64,000 bases of DNA. It comes from a virus. Lineage: Duplodnaviria; Caudoviricetes. The position numbers were made by a program, and so were the translations under genes. Under the pieces are notes generated by a model. The model searched no databases, was not told where the DNA came from, and worked only from the letters and a program-made list of their open reading frames with translations. Within the stretch, counting starts at the first letter, position 1. The number at the start of each line of letters is the position of its first letter. The DNA lies in the IMG/VR virus record IMGVR_UViG_638276466_000001, positions 495 to 64,494 of that record. The stretch is one strand, 5' to 3'. Below, piece by piece: positions 38,948 to 49,186 of this stretch.

Positions 38948-39163
38948 ATGGCCACCATCACCGACCGCGAAAGCCTTGGTCAGCTCGCTGAGGCCGAGGG
39001 CTGGGACGTCAACCAGGGCTACACCAGCTCCACCTACACCAAGGGCAGCCGGAAGATCTTCGTGAGCTTCCACCGCTTCGGAGCTTTCCGCTGGAGCAGC
39101 TATGCTGGCTCCGGTTCGAAGACCACCAAGATCAATGACGTCAAGTTCTGGCTGGGGGTCTGA
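38948..39163 (+). CDS. hypothetical protein
   Basis: GAAGGGAATC RBS; 71 aa. Confidence 0.7.
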   Translation: MATITDRESLGQLAEAEGWDVNQGYTSSTYTKGSRKIFVSFHRFGAFRWSSYAGSGSKTTKINDVKFWLGV

Positions 39164-39165
39164 CG

Positions 39166-41109
39166 GTGAGCGAGCGCGAGTGGAAGATCTGGTTGGAGGA
39201 CGGCAAGATCGTCCTGCTGACCGACGGGTACGATCCGGCGGTCGTCGAGAACATCAAGCTGTACTTGCCGACGCCGCGCTCGTTCCGGCGTACCACCAAG
39301 ACGTGGCACGTCCCCCAGATGTGGGAGACCTGTGTCGCCCTCCGCCAGCTCGCCAATCGGCATCGAGCCGACCTGAAGATGAGCGACGAGCTCAGATTGT
39401 GGGCCATGGGTGAGAAGCTCCGGCTGGCGAGCATCCCCGACGTCAACGAACACAACGTGCTGCAGCCCATCCCGAACATTGAGCGCGAGCTGCCAGCCAT
39501 GGCGGAGGCGCTGAAGGCACGCCCCTTCCAGACAGTGGGCGTTCGGTTCGCCGCCACGGCACGGAACGTTCTGATTGCCGACCACCCCGGTCTGGGCAAG
39601 ACGCTGCAAACGATCGGCGCTGTGGCCGAGAGCGGCCTGAAAGGACCCGTCCTGGTAGTTGCCGCGCCGAAGTCGGCTGCCGTCATTACCTGGCCCAACG
39701 AGCTGCGGCAGTGGGTGCCGGACGACGTCGTGATCCCGATCTCGGGGAGCATGAAGCCTGCAGAACGCGCGGAAGCTGTCGAGCGCGCCAAGGCTTACGC
39801 CGAGCACGGCGACAAGCGCGTCTGGGTCGTCACGAGCCCCAACTACGTTCGCATGCGGGCTGAGCTCGACACCTACGGCAACTATGTGTACGAGGGTGGC
39901 CAGAAGATTGTGCAGCCGGTACGCGAGGCTCTGCAAGGGCTGTTCGACTTCGAGTGGTCAGCGATCGTCGTGGACGAGTCGCACAAGACGCTCGCCTGCG
40001 GTACGGGTAACCGCAAGAAGTGGTCTGCACAGCGCCTGGGTCTAGAGCTGCTCCGGGTGAAGAAGGATGGGCTGCGGATAGCTCTGAGCGGCACACCCTT
40101 CCGGGGCAAGGAAGACAACGCCTACGGCACCTTGCAGTGGCTGCGACCCGACCTGTACACCGGATTCTGGAAGTGGGCTGAGAAGCACTTCCAGATCTAC
40201 GGCGATGGTTTCGGACAGATCGTGGGTGAGGTCAAGGACTCAGAGGAGTTCTACAACAGCCTCAAGCCGGTCATGGTGCGCCGCACCAAGGCCGAGGTCG
40301 TCAAGGACCTGCCTCCGAAGATCTATGCCGGTGAGCATCTGGACCCCGAGGACCCGAATTCCGCAGTGGCAATTTGGCTTCCGATGGAAGGGAAGCAGCT
40401 CAAGGCGTATCAGGCCATGGTCAAGGATGCAGCCGTCAAGCTGGAGAGCGGGATCCTCTCCGCCAACGGCGTGCTGGCGGAGATGACGCGTCTGAAGCAG
40501 ATGGCCTGCTCCTATGGCGATCTGGCTATTGCTCCGACAGGAGAGCAGACGTTCCGTCCGTCGTTGCCGAGCAACAAGTTTGATTACCTTGTAGACCTTC
40601 TGAGCGATCGTGGTATCGGTAGTGGCGAGTTCGACCCTACCGGGAAGGTGATTGTCGCCAGCCAGTTCACCAAGCTGCTGAACCTGTTCTACACCGAGCT
40701 GAACAAGCTGGGAATCAGGTGCCACCTGCTCACCGGAGCGACTTCGGAGAAGGAAAGGGTCCGTATGGCAGACGCCTTCCAGAACACCAAGATTGGCGAC
40801 GACACGCCGCACGTGTTCCTGCTGAATACCATCGCCGGTGGCGCTTCTATCACCCTGGACGCTGCGGATGATGTTGTGACGCTTGACGAAACCTGGAACA
40901 AGGACGACCAGGAGCAGGTCGAAGATCGCGCTCACCGCATCAGCCGTACCGACCACACCGTGACCATCCACAACCTTCGCAGCCTGGGCAGCATCGAGGA
41001 GCGCATCGCCACGAGCGCCTTCGCTCAGGAGCGAAACATCAAGTCCATCATCGACGGAGCGCGCGGTGTCGAGTTCGCACTCGAGCTCCTGGAAGGAGTC
41101 AAGGCATGA
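39166..41109 (+). CDS. SNF2-family (SF2) DNA helicase
   Basis: RPFQ, DHPGLGKT, VVDESH, LSGTP, RRTK, QVEDRAHRI motifs. Confidence 0.9.
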   Translation: MSEREWKIWLEDGKIVLLTDGYDPAVVENIKLYLPTPRSFRRTTKTWHVPQMWETCVALRQLANRHRADLKMSDELRLWAMGEKLRLASIPDVNEHNVLQPIPNIERELPAMAEALKARPFQTVGVRFAATARNVLIADHPGLGKTLQTIGAVAESGLKGPVLVVAAPKSAAVITWPNELRQWVPDDVVIPISGSMKPAERAEAVERAKAYAEHGDKRVWVVTSPNYVRMRAELDTYGNYVYEGGQKIVQPVREALQGLFDFEWSAIVVDESHKTLACGTGNRKKWSAQRLGLELLRVKKDGLRIALSGTPFRGKEDNAYGTLQWLRPDLYTGFWKWAEKHFQIYGDGFGQIVGEVKDSEEFYNSLKPVMVRRTKAEVVKDLPPKIYAGEHLDPEDPNSAVAIWLPMEGKQLKAYQAMVKDAAVKLESGILSANGVLAEMTRLKQMACSYGDLAIAPTGEQTFRPSLPSNKFDYLVDLLSDRGIGSGEFDPTGKVIVASQFTKLLNLFYTELNKLGIRCHLLTGATSEKERVRMADAFQNTKIGDDTPHVFLLNTIAGGASITLDAADDVVTLDETWNKDDQEQVEDRAHRISRTDHTVTIHNLRSLGSIEERIATSAFAQERNIKSIIDGARGVEFALELLEGVKA

Positions 41110-41387
41110 GCACCCTCAGCGCATGCTTCATCACGGCCATGCTCAGCGGGTCATCAATGTACTTGCTGGCCTGGCGGATTCACCGCAAGCCTCTCACCAG
41201 AGAGGAGATGCGGGACTACATGGAGCGGTACGTACACCGGGAGGAGGCAGAGCTGGCAGAGCGCCGTCTACAGGCCCAGCTCTACAACGCTCGGCGTCGG
41301 GCTGTGCCGCATCCGGACGCGGGTGCACCCGTGCGGATCACGAGAGTGCACGTGGCTAGAAAGGGGAGAGGCGAGCGAGAGGAGTAA
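41106..41387 (+). CDS. small membrane-anchored protein
   Basis: Hydrophobic N-terminus; ATGA overlap. Confidence 0.6.
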   Translation: MSTLSACFITAMLSGSSMYLLAWRIHRKPLTREEMRDYMERYVHREEAELAERRLQAQLYNARRRAVPHPDAGAPVRITRVHVARKGRGEREE

Positions 41388-41489
41388 AGTCAAATAAAAG
41401 TCGGAAAAATTACCGATTCCGACCAAGAACCAGTAAGCTTCATTCCACGCCCAAAAACTTCATAATCCCAACGAACAGAAGGAAAAACG

Positions 41490-41978
41490 ATGTCCCCGAA
41501 GACCGAGTCCAAAGAGACCAGCACCACCCGCGAAGGCAAGGTGCGCTTCGATCCGTTCGCCAATCCGGGCACCCTCGCCGAGCAGGAGGCCGCGTGGCTG
41601 AACGAGCAGTTCCCCGGTCTGAACGTCAAGGCGAGCCACGTCCGTGCGGTCATCAGCAACCACACGCGCTTCCAGAAGTCCGACCTTCGCCGCCAAGCGC
41701 GGGACGCCGAGCGAGCCAAGCTCGCCGAGGATCGCGAGGCGCGGAAGGCTGCCGCCGAGCAGCGCAAGGCCGACGCCGAACAGCGCAAGGCAGAGCGTGA
41801 GCAGCGCAAGGCAGAGCGTGCGGCCAAGGCAGCAGCCAAGGCTGCCGAGAAGCCCGAAGCCAAGCCTGCTGCCAAGAAGGCCACTCCGGCCAAAGCCGCG
41901 CCCAAGCCTGCTCCCAAGAAGCGCGTCTCGCGTCCCCGGAAGCGCACCGGTGACGTGCCCGCTGAGGACGCGTTCTGA
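41490..41978 (+). CDS. Ala/Lys-rich coiled-coil protein with histone-like PAKK tail
   Basis: EQRKA repeats then KPAAKKATPAKAAPKPAPKK; TAAGCT -10-like upstream. Confidence 0.75.
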   Translation: MSPKTESKETSTTREGKVRFDPFANPGTLAEQEAAWLNEQFPGLNVKASHVRAVISNHTRFQKSDLRRQARDAERAKLAEDREARKAAAEQRKADAEQRKAEREQRKAERAAKAAAKAAEKPEAKPAAKKATPAKAAPKPAPKKRVSRPRKRTGDVPAEDAF

Positions 41979-42158
41979 TCCACCCCACCCCCTCGGGGTG
42001 GCTGAGCCTCTGGGACATGGGGATGGCCCAGAGTCTCGGTGGAGGTTGAGCAAGTGCACCTCTGAGCACCGGATCTCCATCACAGGACTCCGGTCAAGTC
42101 CAGGAACTACTCAGCCTCCTCCAAGACAAAAGCTCACTGACAGAAGGGAATCTGCAAA

Positions 42159-42539
42159 ATGAAATGCATCAAGAAAGCCGCGATCGCCGGTGTGGTGGTG
42201 ACGCAAGTCGGCCTCGGAATCCTCAGCGCCGCACCGGCGAACGCCGACTATGTGATGGGGTGTGAGCGAGTCCGCTGGGGCTTCCTGTTCAGTGGCTACC
42301 GCACCATCTGCGACGGCCCGCGTCGGCCGGACGGCAGCTGGGACCGGACACGTCGTGAATGGACCCCAGCGCACATGGCTGGCGGATACTGCTCGGGCAG
42401 CCGGTATTTCGTCAGCTGCACCCCGAGCTACTGGGTCAACGAGAGCACGCAACGCCTCGAGACCTATCCGGTCACTGACGCCACTGTGTTGCCTGGCGAA
42501 CCCGGCTGGCTCCCTCCGGGCACGAACAGGATCCTCTGA
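42159..42539 (+). CDS. secreted CDGP-motif protein
   Basis: Signal peptide ending APANA; RTICDGPRRPDGSW..EP motif of mycobacterial secreted proteins. Confidence 0.75.
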   Translation: MKCIKKAAIAGVVVTQVGLGILSAAPANADYVMGCERVRWGFLFSGYRTICDGPRRPDGSWDRTRREWTPAHMAGGYCSGSRYFVSCTPSYWVNESTQRLETYPVTDATVLPGEPGWLPPGTNRIL

Positions 42540-42543
42540 CCCC

Positions 42544-43722
42544 ATGGCACCCAGAAAGCCTCTGCCCCTGCTACGCACGAGCGAACGCACCGTGTACAAG
42601 AGGTGCCCGTGGAAGTGGTACCAGAGCGTTGTGCGCGGCCTCGTGCCGAACAATCCCCGCCAGGACGCGCGGTGGTTCGGTACTGGCATTCACCTGTGCA
42701 AGGCCGAGTGGTACGTCCCCGGACGCAAGCGTGGCCGCGACATGCACGAGACCTGGGACGAGTTCTCACAGGGTACGTTCACCACAGTCAGCTCGCAAGG
42801 GCTAGTGAACGACGAATGGGAGAGCGAGTGGGTTGACGCAAACAAGCTGGCGCACGCCATGATTGACACCCACCTACAGGCGTATGGGAACGACGACAAC
42901 TGGGAGGTGATCGCTGCTGAGCATCCATTTTCGGTCCTGATCCCGCACCCCGACAAGACAATCAACCGTGCGGTGTGCCGGTACGTCGGCACCATCGACC
43001 TGATCATCCGCGAGCTGGACACCGGCGAGATTTGGCTGGACGACACCAAGACCGCCGCGCGCATCTATACCCACCACCTGACACTGTTGGAGCAGCCTGC
43101 TGCGTACGTAGCTGTGGGCACGCACGTCCTCCGGGAGCAGGGGATGATTGGCCCCAAGGAGCGAGTCAAGGGCATCATCTTCGACTTCATGCGGAAGGGC
43201 TTTCCGGACGAGCGGCCTCGCAACGAACGCGGTGAATACTGCAACAAGCCGGTCAAGAAGCACTTTGTCGAAGCCATCCTGAATTGTCCGGGGTATCAAG
43301 GTCCTCTGAACACCGAGCGAGATCTGCTTCGGCTTAAGCTCGACGAGCTGCAACACATCGCCGATGAGCTCAACCTGACGGTTCTGGGCGATGTCTCAGC
43401 CAACCAGGGTGCGCCCCTGCTGTTGCGAGAGAAGATCCTGAAGAGCCCGAAGGAGTGCTCACGGCAGATCCGCAGGATCGGCGAGGAGGTGCTACACATG
43501 AACGCTGTGCGCGCCGGTAAGCTCCCGATCCTCAAGACGCCGCAGGACGATTGCAACTTCTGCGATTACTTCGATCTCTGCGAGCTCGACGAGTCTGGCG
43601 GGGACACGGAGTACTTCGAGTCGCAAGCGTTCGTGGTTCGTGATGCCTACGCGGATCATCGCGAAGGCGCTGAGAATTCGAAGATCAGCGTCAAGAACAA
43701 AAACAAGACAGGAGTGCGATGA
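42544..43722 (+). CDS. Cas4/RecB-like PD-(D/E)XK exonuclease
   Basis: N-terminal RCP, GTIDL..DTKT catalytic core, C-terminal CNFCDYFDLC (Fe-S-type). Confidence 0.85.
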   Translation: MAPRKPLPLLRTSERTVYKRCPWKWYQSVVRGLVPNNPRQDARWFGTGIHLCKAEWYVPGRKRGRDMHETWDEFSQGTFTTVSSQGLVNDEWESEWVDANKLAHAMIDTHLQAYGNDDNWEVIAAEHPFSVLIPHPDKTINRAVCRYVGTIDLIIRELDTGEIWLDDTKTAARIYTHHLTLLEQPAAYVAVGTHVLREQGMIGPKERVKGIIFDFMRKGFPDERPRNERGEYCNKPVKKHFVEAILNCPGYQGPLNTERDLLRLKLDELQHIADELNLTVLGDVSANQGAPLLLREKILKSPKECSRQIRRIGEEVLHMNAVRAGKLPILKTPQDDCNFCDYFDLCELDESGGDTEYFESQAFVVRDAYADHREGAENSKISVKNKNKTGVR

Positions 43723-43723
43723 G

Positions 43724-43912
43724 GTGGCCGGTAGCCTGAAAGACATGGGCCTCAAGGAGGTTGCAGCCCTTAAGAAACGCGTGAACAGACAGTACGCCCT
43801 CAATCGCATCAACGGTGGTGACCGAGACAACCTAATCGAGCTCATCAACAAGGTTGAGGCGTACATCATCAAAATGCCTGAAGGCAAACGAAGCATCCCC
43901 GATTTCTACTGA
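43724..43912 (+). CDS. hypothetical protein (62 aa)
   Basis: AGGAG upstream, GTG start. Confidence 0.55.
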   Translation: MAGSLKDMGLKEVAALKKRVNRQYALNRINGGDRDNLIELINKVEAYIIKMPEGKRSIPDFY

Positions 43913-43925
43913 GAAAGGAAGGCTG

Positions 43926-44786
43926 ATGGTCCAATCCAAGATCATCAAAGTCGCCGACGACGAGGACTACGTGAATCTCCTCGTGTACGGTGACTCCGGG
44001 GTGGGCAAGACGGTGTTCTGCGGCAGTGACGACAAGGTGTTGTTCGTTGCGCCGGAAGACAACTCAGACGGCCTGCTCTCCGCCAAGCTGGCGGGTACCA
44101 CAGCGGACAAGTGGCCCATCCGGGACTGGGGTGATCTCGTTGAGGCGTACAACTATCTCGACGAGCTCGACGAAATTCCGTACAACTGGATCGTGGTCGA
44201 CTCGCTGACCGAGATGCAGATCATGGCCATGCGGGACATCCTCGACCGCGCCGTCGAGGAGAATCCGAGCCGTGACCCGGACATCCCGCAGATCCAGGAC
44301 TGGCAGAAGTATTACGAAATGGTGAAGCGGATGATCAAGTGCTTCAACGCTTTGCCGGTCAACGTTCTGTACACGGCGCTGTCGCGGCAGACCGAGGACG
44401 AGGAAGGTACCGAGTACCTTCTCCCCGATCTGCAGGGCAAGAAGGACAACTACGCCAAGCAGGTGGTCAGCTGGATGACCAGCTTCGGTTGCATGCAGAT
44501 CAAGCGCGTCCGTGTCAAGACGGACGACGACATCGCCAAGAAGGTGAAGGAGGTGCGCCGAATCACCTGGAAGGACACAGGTTTGGTGACCGGCAAGGAC
44601 CGCACCAACGCTCTCACCCCGTACACCGACATCCGCGATGTCACCGATCCTGAGGATGATGGTCTCACCCTCAAGGACATCAGACTCCGCATCGAGCGGA
44701 AGAAGTCCGGCTCTGCCAAGTCGGCAACCACCAAACGTCCGGCCAGAAAAACTGCGTCGGCTCGTACTCAGAAGGAGAGTGCATAA
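43926..44786 (+). CDS. AAA_24/Sak4-like ATPase (recombination)
   Basis: YGDSGVGKT Walker A, IVVDSLT Walker B; between nuclease and SSB. Confidence 0.85.
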   Translation: MVQSKIIKVADDEDYVNLLVYGDSGVGKTVFCGSDDKVLFVAPEDNSDGLLSAKLAGTTADKWPIRDWGDLVEAYNYLDELDEIPYNWIVVDSLTEMQIMAMRDILDRAVEENPSRDPDIPQIQDWQKYYEMVKRMIKCFNALPVNVLYTALSRQTEDEEGTEYLLPDLQGKKDNYAKQVVSWMTSFGCMQIKRVRVKTDDDIAKKVKEVRRITWKDTGLVTGKDRTNALTPYTDIRDVTDPEDDGLTLKDIRLRIERKKSGSAKSATTKRPARKTASARTQKESA

Positions 44787-45716
<930 letters not shown>

Positions 45717-45817
45717 TCGGGTAGCACATCGGGTACCTGACAGACGAAACCGTCAGGCTAAGTCGTGGTAGGGACGTCCACAGCCCGACCCCAACAACTT
45801 TCAGCAAAGGAGCCATC

Positions 45818-45934
45818 ATGGCCGATGGGCGTCGGTGCGCCTGCGGATGTATCATGGTCTGGTCGAATGAAAACCACACATGGCTCTGCATCCACTGCGA
45901 CCTCAACATCGAACCTCAGGAGTACGCCTCGTGA
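45818..45934 (+). CDS. 38-aa zinc-ribbon peptide
   Basis: AAGGAG RBS; CACG..WLCIHC; GTGA overlap with next gene. Confidence 0.6.
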   Translation: MADGRRCACGCIMVWSNENHTWLCIHCDLNIEPQEYAS

Positions 45935-46734
45935 AATCTGTTGCCATCCTTGGTTGTGGGCCTTCTGGGCTCCTCGTGGCTCATGCAGCCGCCATGCTCG
46001 GCTGGGACTTCCGAATCTACAGCAAGAAGCGCAAGAGCTTCTTGTTTGGCAGCCAATACCTACACGAGGCCATCCCCGGCATGACAGACCCAGTTGCGGC
46101 GATCGTGGCATACAACCTTGTGGGTACGCCAGAAGGCTATCGGCAGAAGGTGTATGGCGCTGGCTACGATGGCAGCGTGTCGCCAGAAGACCTCGAGCAC
46201 GATCACTACGCCTGGAACATCCGCACCACCTACGACAAGCTGTGGAATGCCTATCACGACGAGATTGTCGACGTGGTGATCGACAAGCGCTGGGAGTCGG
46301 CCGAATTCTTCCGGAATGGCAGCACTGACTTCCGCCCCGACCTGATCATCAGCACGGTGCCTCGCAAGATCTGGGCCAATCCTGGCGATGTGTTCGCAAG
46401 CCAAAAGGTGTGGGCGATCGGGGATGCGCCCGAGCTAGGACAGACGGTTCCGTTCGAGCCCAAACAGGACAACACGATCATCTGCGACGGCACAGCCGAT
46501 GTCGGCTGGTACCGGCTGAGCAAGGTGTTCGGCTACACCACCATCGAGTGGCCACACGACCGCAAACCTCCTATCCCGAACATGGCTGAGGTCGAGAAGC
46601 CGCTCTGGCACAACAGTTCTGGAGCCAGCGACTTCATTCACATCGGTCGGTACGGCGCATGGGAGAAGGGCGTGCTGACGACAGACGCCTTCCACCAGGC
46701 CATGAAGTACCTCGGACAGGACAAGTTGGGCTGA
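45931..46734 (+). CDS. FAD-dependent oxidoreductase (UDP-galactopyranose mutase-like fold)
   Basis: VAILGCGPSGL dinucleotide-binding motif; GSQYLH; C-terminal IGRYGAW. Confidence 0.7.
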   Translation: MKSVAILGCGPSGLLVAHAAAMLGWDFRIYSKKRKSFLFGSQYLHEAIPGMTDPVAAIVAYNLVGTPEGYRQKVYGAGYDGSVSPEDLEHDHYAWNIRTTYDKLWNAYHDEIVDVVIDKRWESAEFFRNGSTDFRPDLIISTVPRKIWANPGDVFASQKVWAIGDAPELGQTVPFEPKQDNTIICDGTADVGWYRLSKVFGYTTIEWPHDRKPPIPNMAEVEKPLWHNSSGASDFIHIGRYGAWEKGVLTTDAFHQAMKYLGQDKLG

Positions 46735-46737
46735 CCG

Positions 46738-47355
46738 ATGATGGGCAAACCTGTTGTTGGACTTGACATTGATGGGACACTATTCGACTACCATGGGCAC
46801 TTCTTGCGCTTTGCAGAGGATTGGTATGGCCGACCAATGCCGGACCCGCAGGACATCAACCCAGGCCTGCCCCTTCACAAGTTTATGCGTACGTCGAAAG
46901 CTACGTACCGGCAGTGTAAGCTGGCATATCGCCAGGGAGGCCTTGAGCGCAGCATGCCGGTGTATGATGGGGCGTCGGAGCTGACCCGAGCTATCCGCCG
47001 CGCTGGCGGAGAAGTGTGGATCTGTACGACCCGTCCATATCTCAAGCTCGACACCCAAGCGCCAAACACCATACACTTGTTGCGGCGCAACAGAATCCAA
47101 TTCGATCACATGCTCAGCGGGCCACACAAGTATCGCGACCTCGTGAAACAGGTGGGTGCGGACCGAATTGTCGGAGTGCTTGACGACCTGTCAGAGATGT
47201 ACGAGCAAGCAGAAATGTTGGGGCTCAACCCCATCCTTCGGGACCAGCCGTACAACCGACATATCACCGCAAACCGCATCAGACATCTGTACCTCGCACA
47301 GATCTCATTCCTCGCGAGGATCGAAGTGTACAAAGAGAAACAGAAGGGAAACTGA
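46738..47355 (+). CDS. HAD-superfamily 5'-nucleotidase/phosphatase
   Basis: GLDIDGT motif I, CTTR motif II, K, LDD motif IV, PYN. Confidence 0.82.
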   Translation: MMGKPVVGLDIDGTLFDYHGHFLRFAEDWYGRPMPDPQDINPGLPLHKFMRTSKATYRQCKLAYRQGGLERSMPVYDGASELTRAIRRAGGEVWICTTRPYLKLDTQAPNTIHLLRRNRIQFDHMLSGPHKYRDLVKQVGADRIVGVLDDLSEMYEQAEMLGLNPILRDQPYNRHITANRIRHLYLAQISFLARIEVYKEKQKGN

Positions 47356-47885
47356 TGGGCTCGACATATTCATCAGACAATCCGTTGAGCTTCGCGCTGT
47401 TCGGGCTGTCCCGCCAGGCAGAGTTGCCTGTCTGGCGGAGGCTGGACTGGGGATACCCCATCCTGCACCTTGGTCCTGGCGACAAGATTGTCCGGGGCGC
47501 TGAGGAACTGGACTACCCGGCATTCGATTTCGATGACCCAGAGATCAGCTTGCCGTATGATGACGGGTCAGTCGGCGGTGTCATCGCCACACATGTGCTG
47601 GAGCATCTGGCTGACCCACGCCCACTCATCCGGGAGGTGGCGCGTGTGTTGAACTTCGGGTGCCCATTCAACATCCTAGTGCCACACGGTCAGTCGCCGA
47701 TGTATTTGCAGGACCTCGACCACAAGACGCCGTTCGTGCTTGACACGTGGAAGAACTTCCTGCACAACGGATTCTACGACAACAACTACGGCGAGGGCGG
47801 AGTGCCACTCAGCATCGGCGCCAACTTCAAGTTTGCCCTCAAGGAGGGCAACGAAGCCATCATCACCCAGCTCATCAAGGAGTGA
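47355..47885 (+). CDS. class I SAM-dependent methyltransferase-like protein
   Basis: LHLGPG, LPYDDGSV, HVLEHL, EVARVL..G. Confidence 0.78.
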   Translation: MGSTYSSDNPLSFALFGLSRQAELPVWRRLDWGYPILHLGPGDKIVRGAEELDYPAFDFDDPEISLPYDDGSVGGVIATHVLEHLADPRPLIREVARVLNFGCPFNILVPHGQSPMYLQDLDHKTPFVLDTWKNFLHNGFYDNNYGEGGVPLSIGANFKFALKEGNEAIITQLIKE

Positions 47886-47887
47886 CA

Positions 47888-48373
47888 GTGTCCAACGAAA
47901 ACAAGGCTGTTGCAGTCATTCTGGAAGAGCTCACCTCCGAGTACGCCAGTCCGGTGGATGACTTGATCGCCAAACACCTTCCGCGCGTGCTAGAGCTGTT
48001 CCGGAGCAAGGCGCGCGACTACAGCGACCGCTCCGGCATCTTCGCGGCCGAGGTGCTCGGTGCGCCGGGGCAGTTCGCCGAGATCTGGCGCAAGATCCCC
48101 AAGCTCAAAAAGGGCATGTGGGACCAGGACGCGCTCGAGAACGAGACTGTCGAGGAGATCCTGTTCGATCTGATCGGGCATTGCCTGCTCGCGTTGGACA
48201 TGATCCCAGACAGCATGCGGATCGGCCAGGCTCCCAGCGGACACTCATGGATACGAGGGTACGAGATCGGCGAAGTCAGGCGCGTTCCTTCTGGCACCGA
48301 ACGCTTCACTGAATCAGACAAGGGTCCGATCACGGGCAAGCGCGATGCTAACGGTGGCGACTTCCGTGTCTAG
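47888..48373 (+). CDS. Nmad1/DUF1599-like (MazG-type all-alpha) nucleotide-modification-associated protein
   Basis: K.RDY..EIWRKI.KL..ETVEEILFDLIGH pattern. Confidence 0.6.
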   Translation: MSNENKAVAVILEELTSEYASPVDDLIAKHLPRVLELFRSKARDYSDRSGIFAAEVLGAPGQFAEIWRKIPKLKKGMWDQDALENETVEEILFDLIGHCLLALDMIPDSMRIGQAPSGHSWIRGYEIGEVRRVPSGTERFTESDKGPITGKRDANGGDFRV

Positions 48374-49076
48374 GGCATGGGTGATCGGTGGCACGTCCGG
48401 CATCGGGAAGGCTTGCGCCGAGCGGCTCGGCGAGTACATGGCGACCACGAGCACCGGTCTACGAGAAGGGGATTGGGACGTCCGCAGCGATTTGCGATCC
48501 ATCTTCATACACGATGAGGTCGATGCTCCGACCCACATCGTGTATGCTGCAGGCATCAACCATCTCGACTGGATCGGGAATGGCACGCGGAGCCATGTCG
48601 AAGTTATCGACACCAATCTGAATGGATTCATTCGTCTGATGGACGGCCTGGTGCGCTTTGGCTACTACAGCACTGGCAAGCTGGGTGGGTATCCGTACCA
48701 CGCAAAGCCCAGCATCGTCGTGATCAGCAGTGATGCGGCTGAGCGACCGCTCCGAACCTCTATCGGGTACTGCGCAAGCAAGGCTGGGCTCAACATGGCC
48801 GTCAAGGTGGCTGCCCGAGAGCTCGGTCCGCACGGCTGGCGGATCAATGCCGTCTCGCCGGGGATGACAGCGCCCACAGGCATGAGCGATTACATCGACA
48901 AACGTGTTCCGGAAGTGCGAGGTTGGACTCCGATCGAAGCTGCGCAGTACGAAGCGCAACAGGAGGTCGTTCCTGGACGCATCGATCCTCGAGAGGTGGC
49001 AGAGGTGGTGTTCGATGTGCTCACCGGACCCGAGCACCTCAACGGGTCCATCATCACCATCAATGGCGGGCGCTGA
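48366..49076 (+). CDS. short-chain dehydrogenase/reductase
   Basis: GGTSGIG, ISS, YCASK catalytic motif, INAVSPG; start 48345 or 48366. Confidence 0.88.
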   Translation: MSRAWVIGGTSGIGKACAERLGEYMATTSTGLREGDWDVRSDLRSIFIHDEVDAPTHIVYAAGINHLDWIGNGTRSHVEVIDTNLNGFIRLMDGLVRFGYYSTGKLGGYPYHAKPSIVVISSDAAERPLRTSIGYCASKAGLNMAVKVAARELGPHGWRINAVSPGMTAPTGMSDYIDKRVPEVRGWTPIEAAQYEAQQEVVPGRIDPREVAEVVFDVLTGPEHLNGSIITINGGR

Positions 49077-49084
49077 CCAGTAGG

Positions 49085-49118
49085 AATTCGGCCTCCCCGA
49101 GAGGGGAGGCTGAATTTT
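49085..49118 (+). terminator. intrinsic terminator
   Basis: AATTCGGCCTCCCC-GAGA-GGGGAGGCTGAATT stem with GNRA loop, then short T run. Confidence 0.75.
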
Positions 49119-49186
49119 CCTCCGAAACAACCCGATTCGCGCCGGTGTAGTAGGCTTCGGTCCAGTGTCTAGAAGGGAATATTGAG

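Noticed and set aside
42085-42123. tRNA gene (GGTCAAGTCC resembles a T-arm)
   Set aside because: No TTC loop, no proper D or anticodon arm, wrong spacing to the closing stem.
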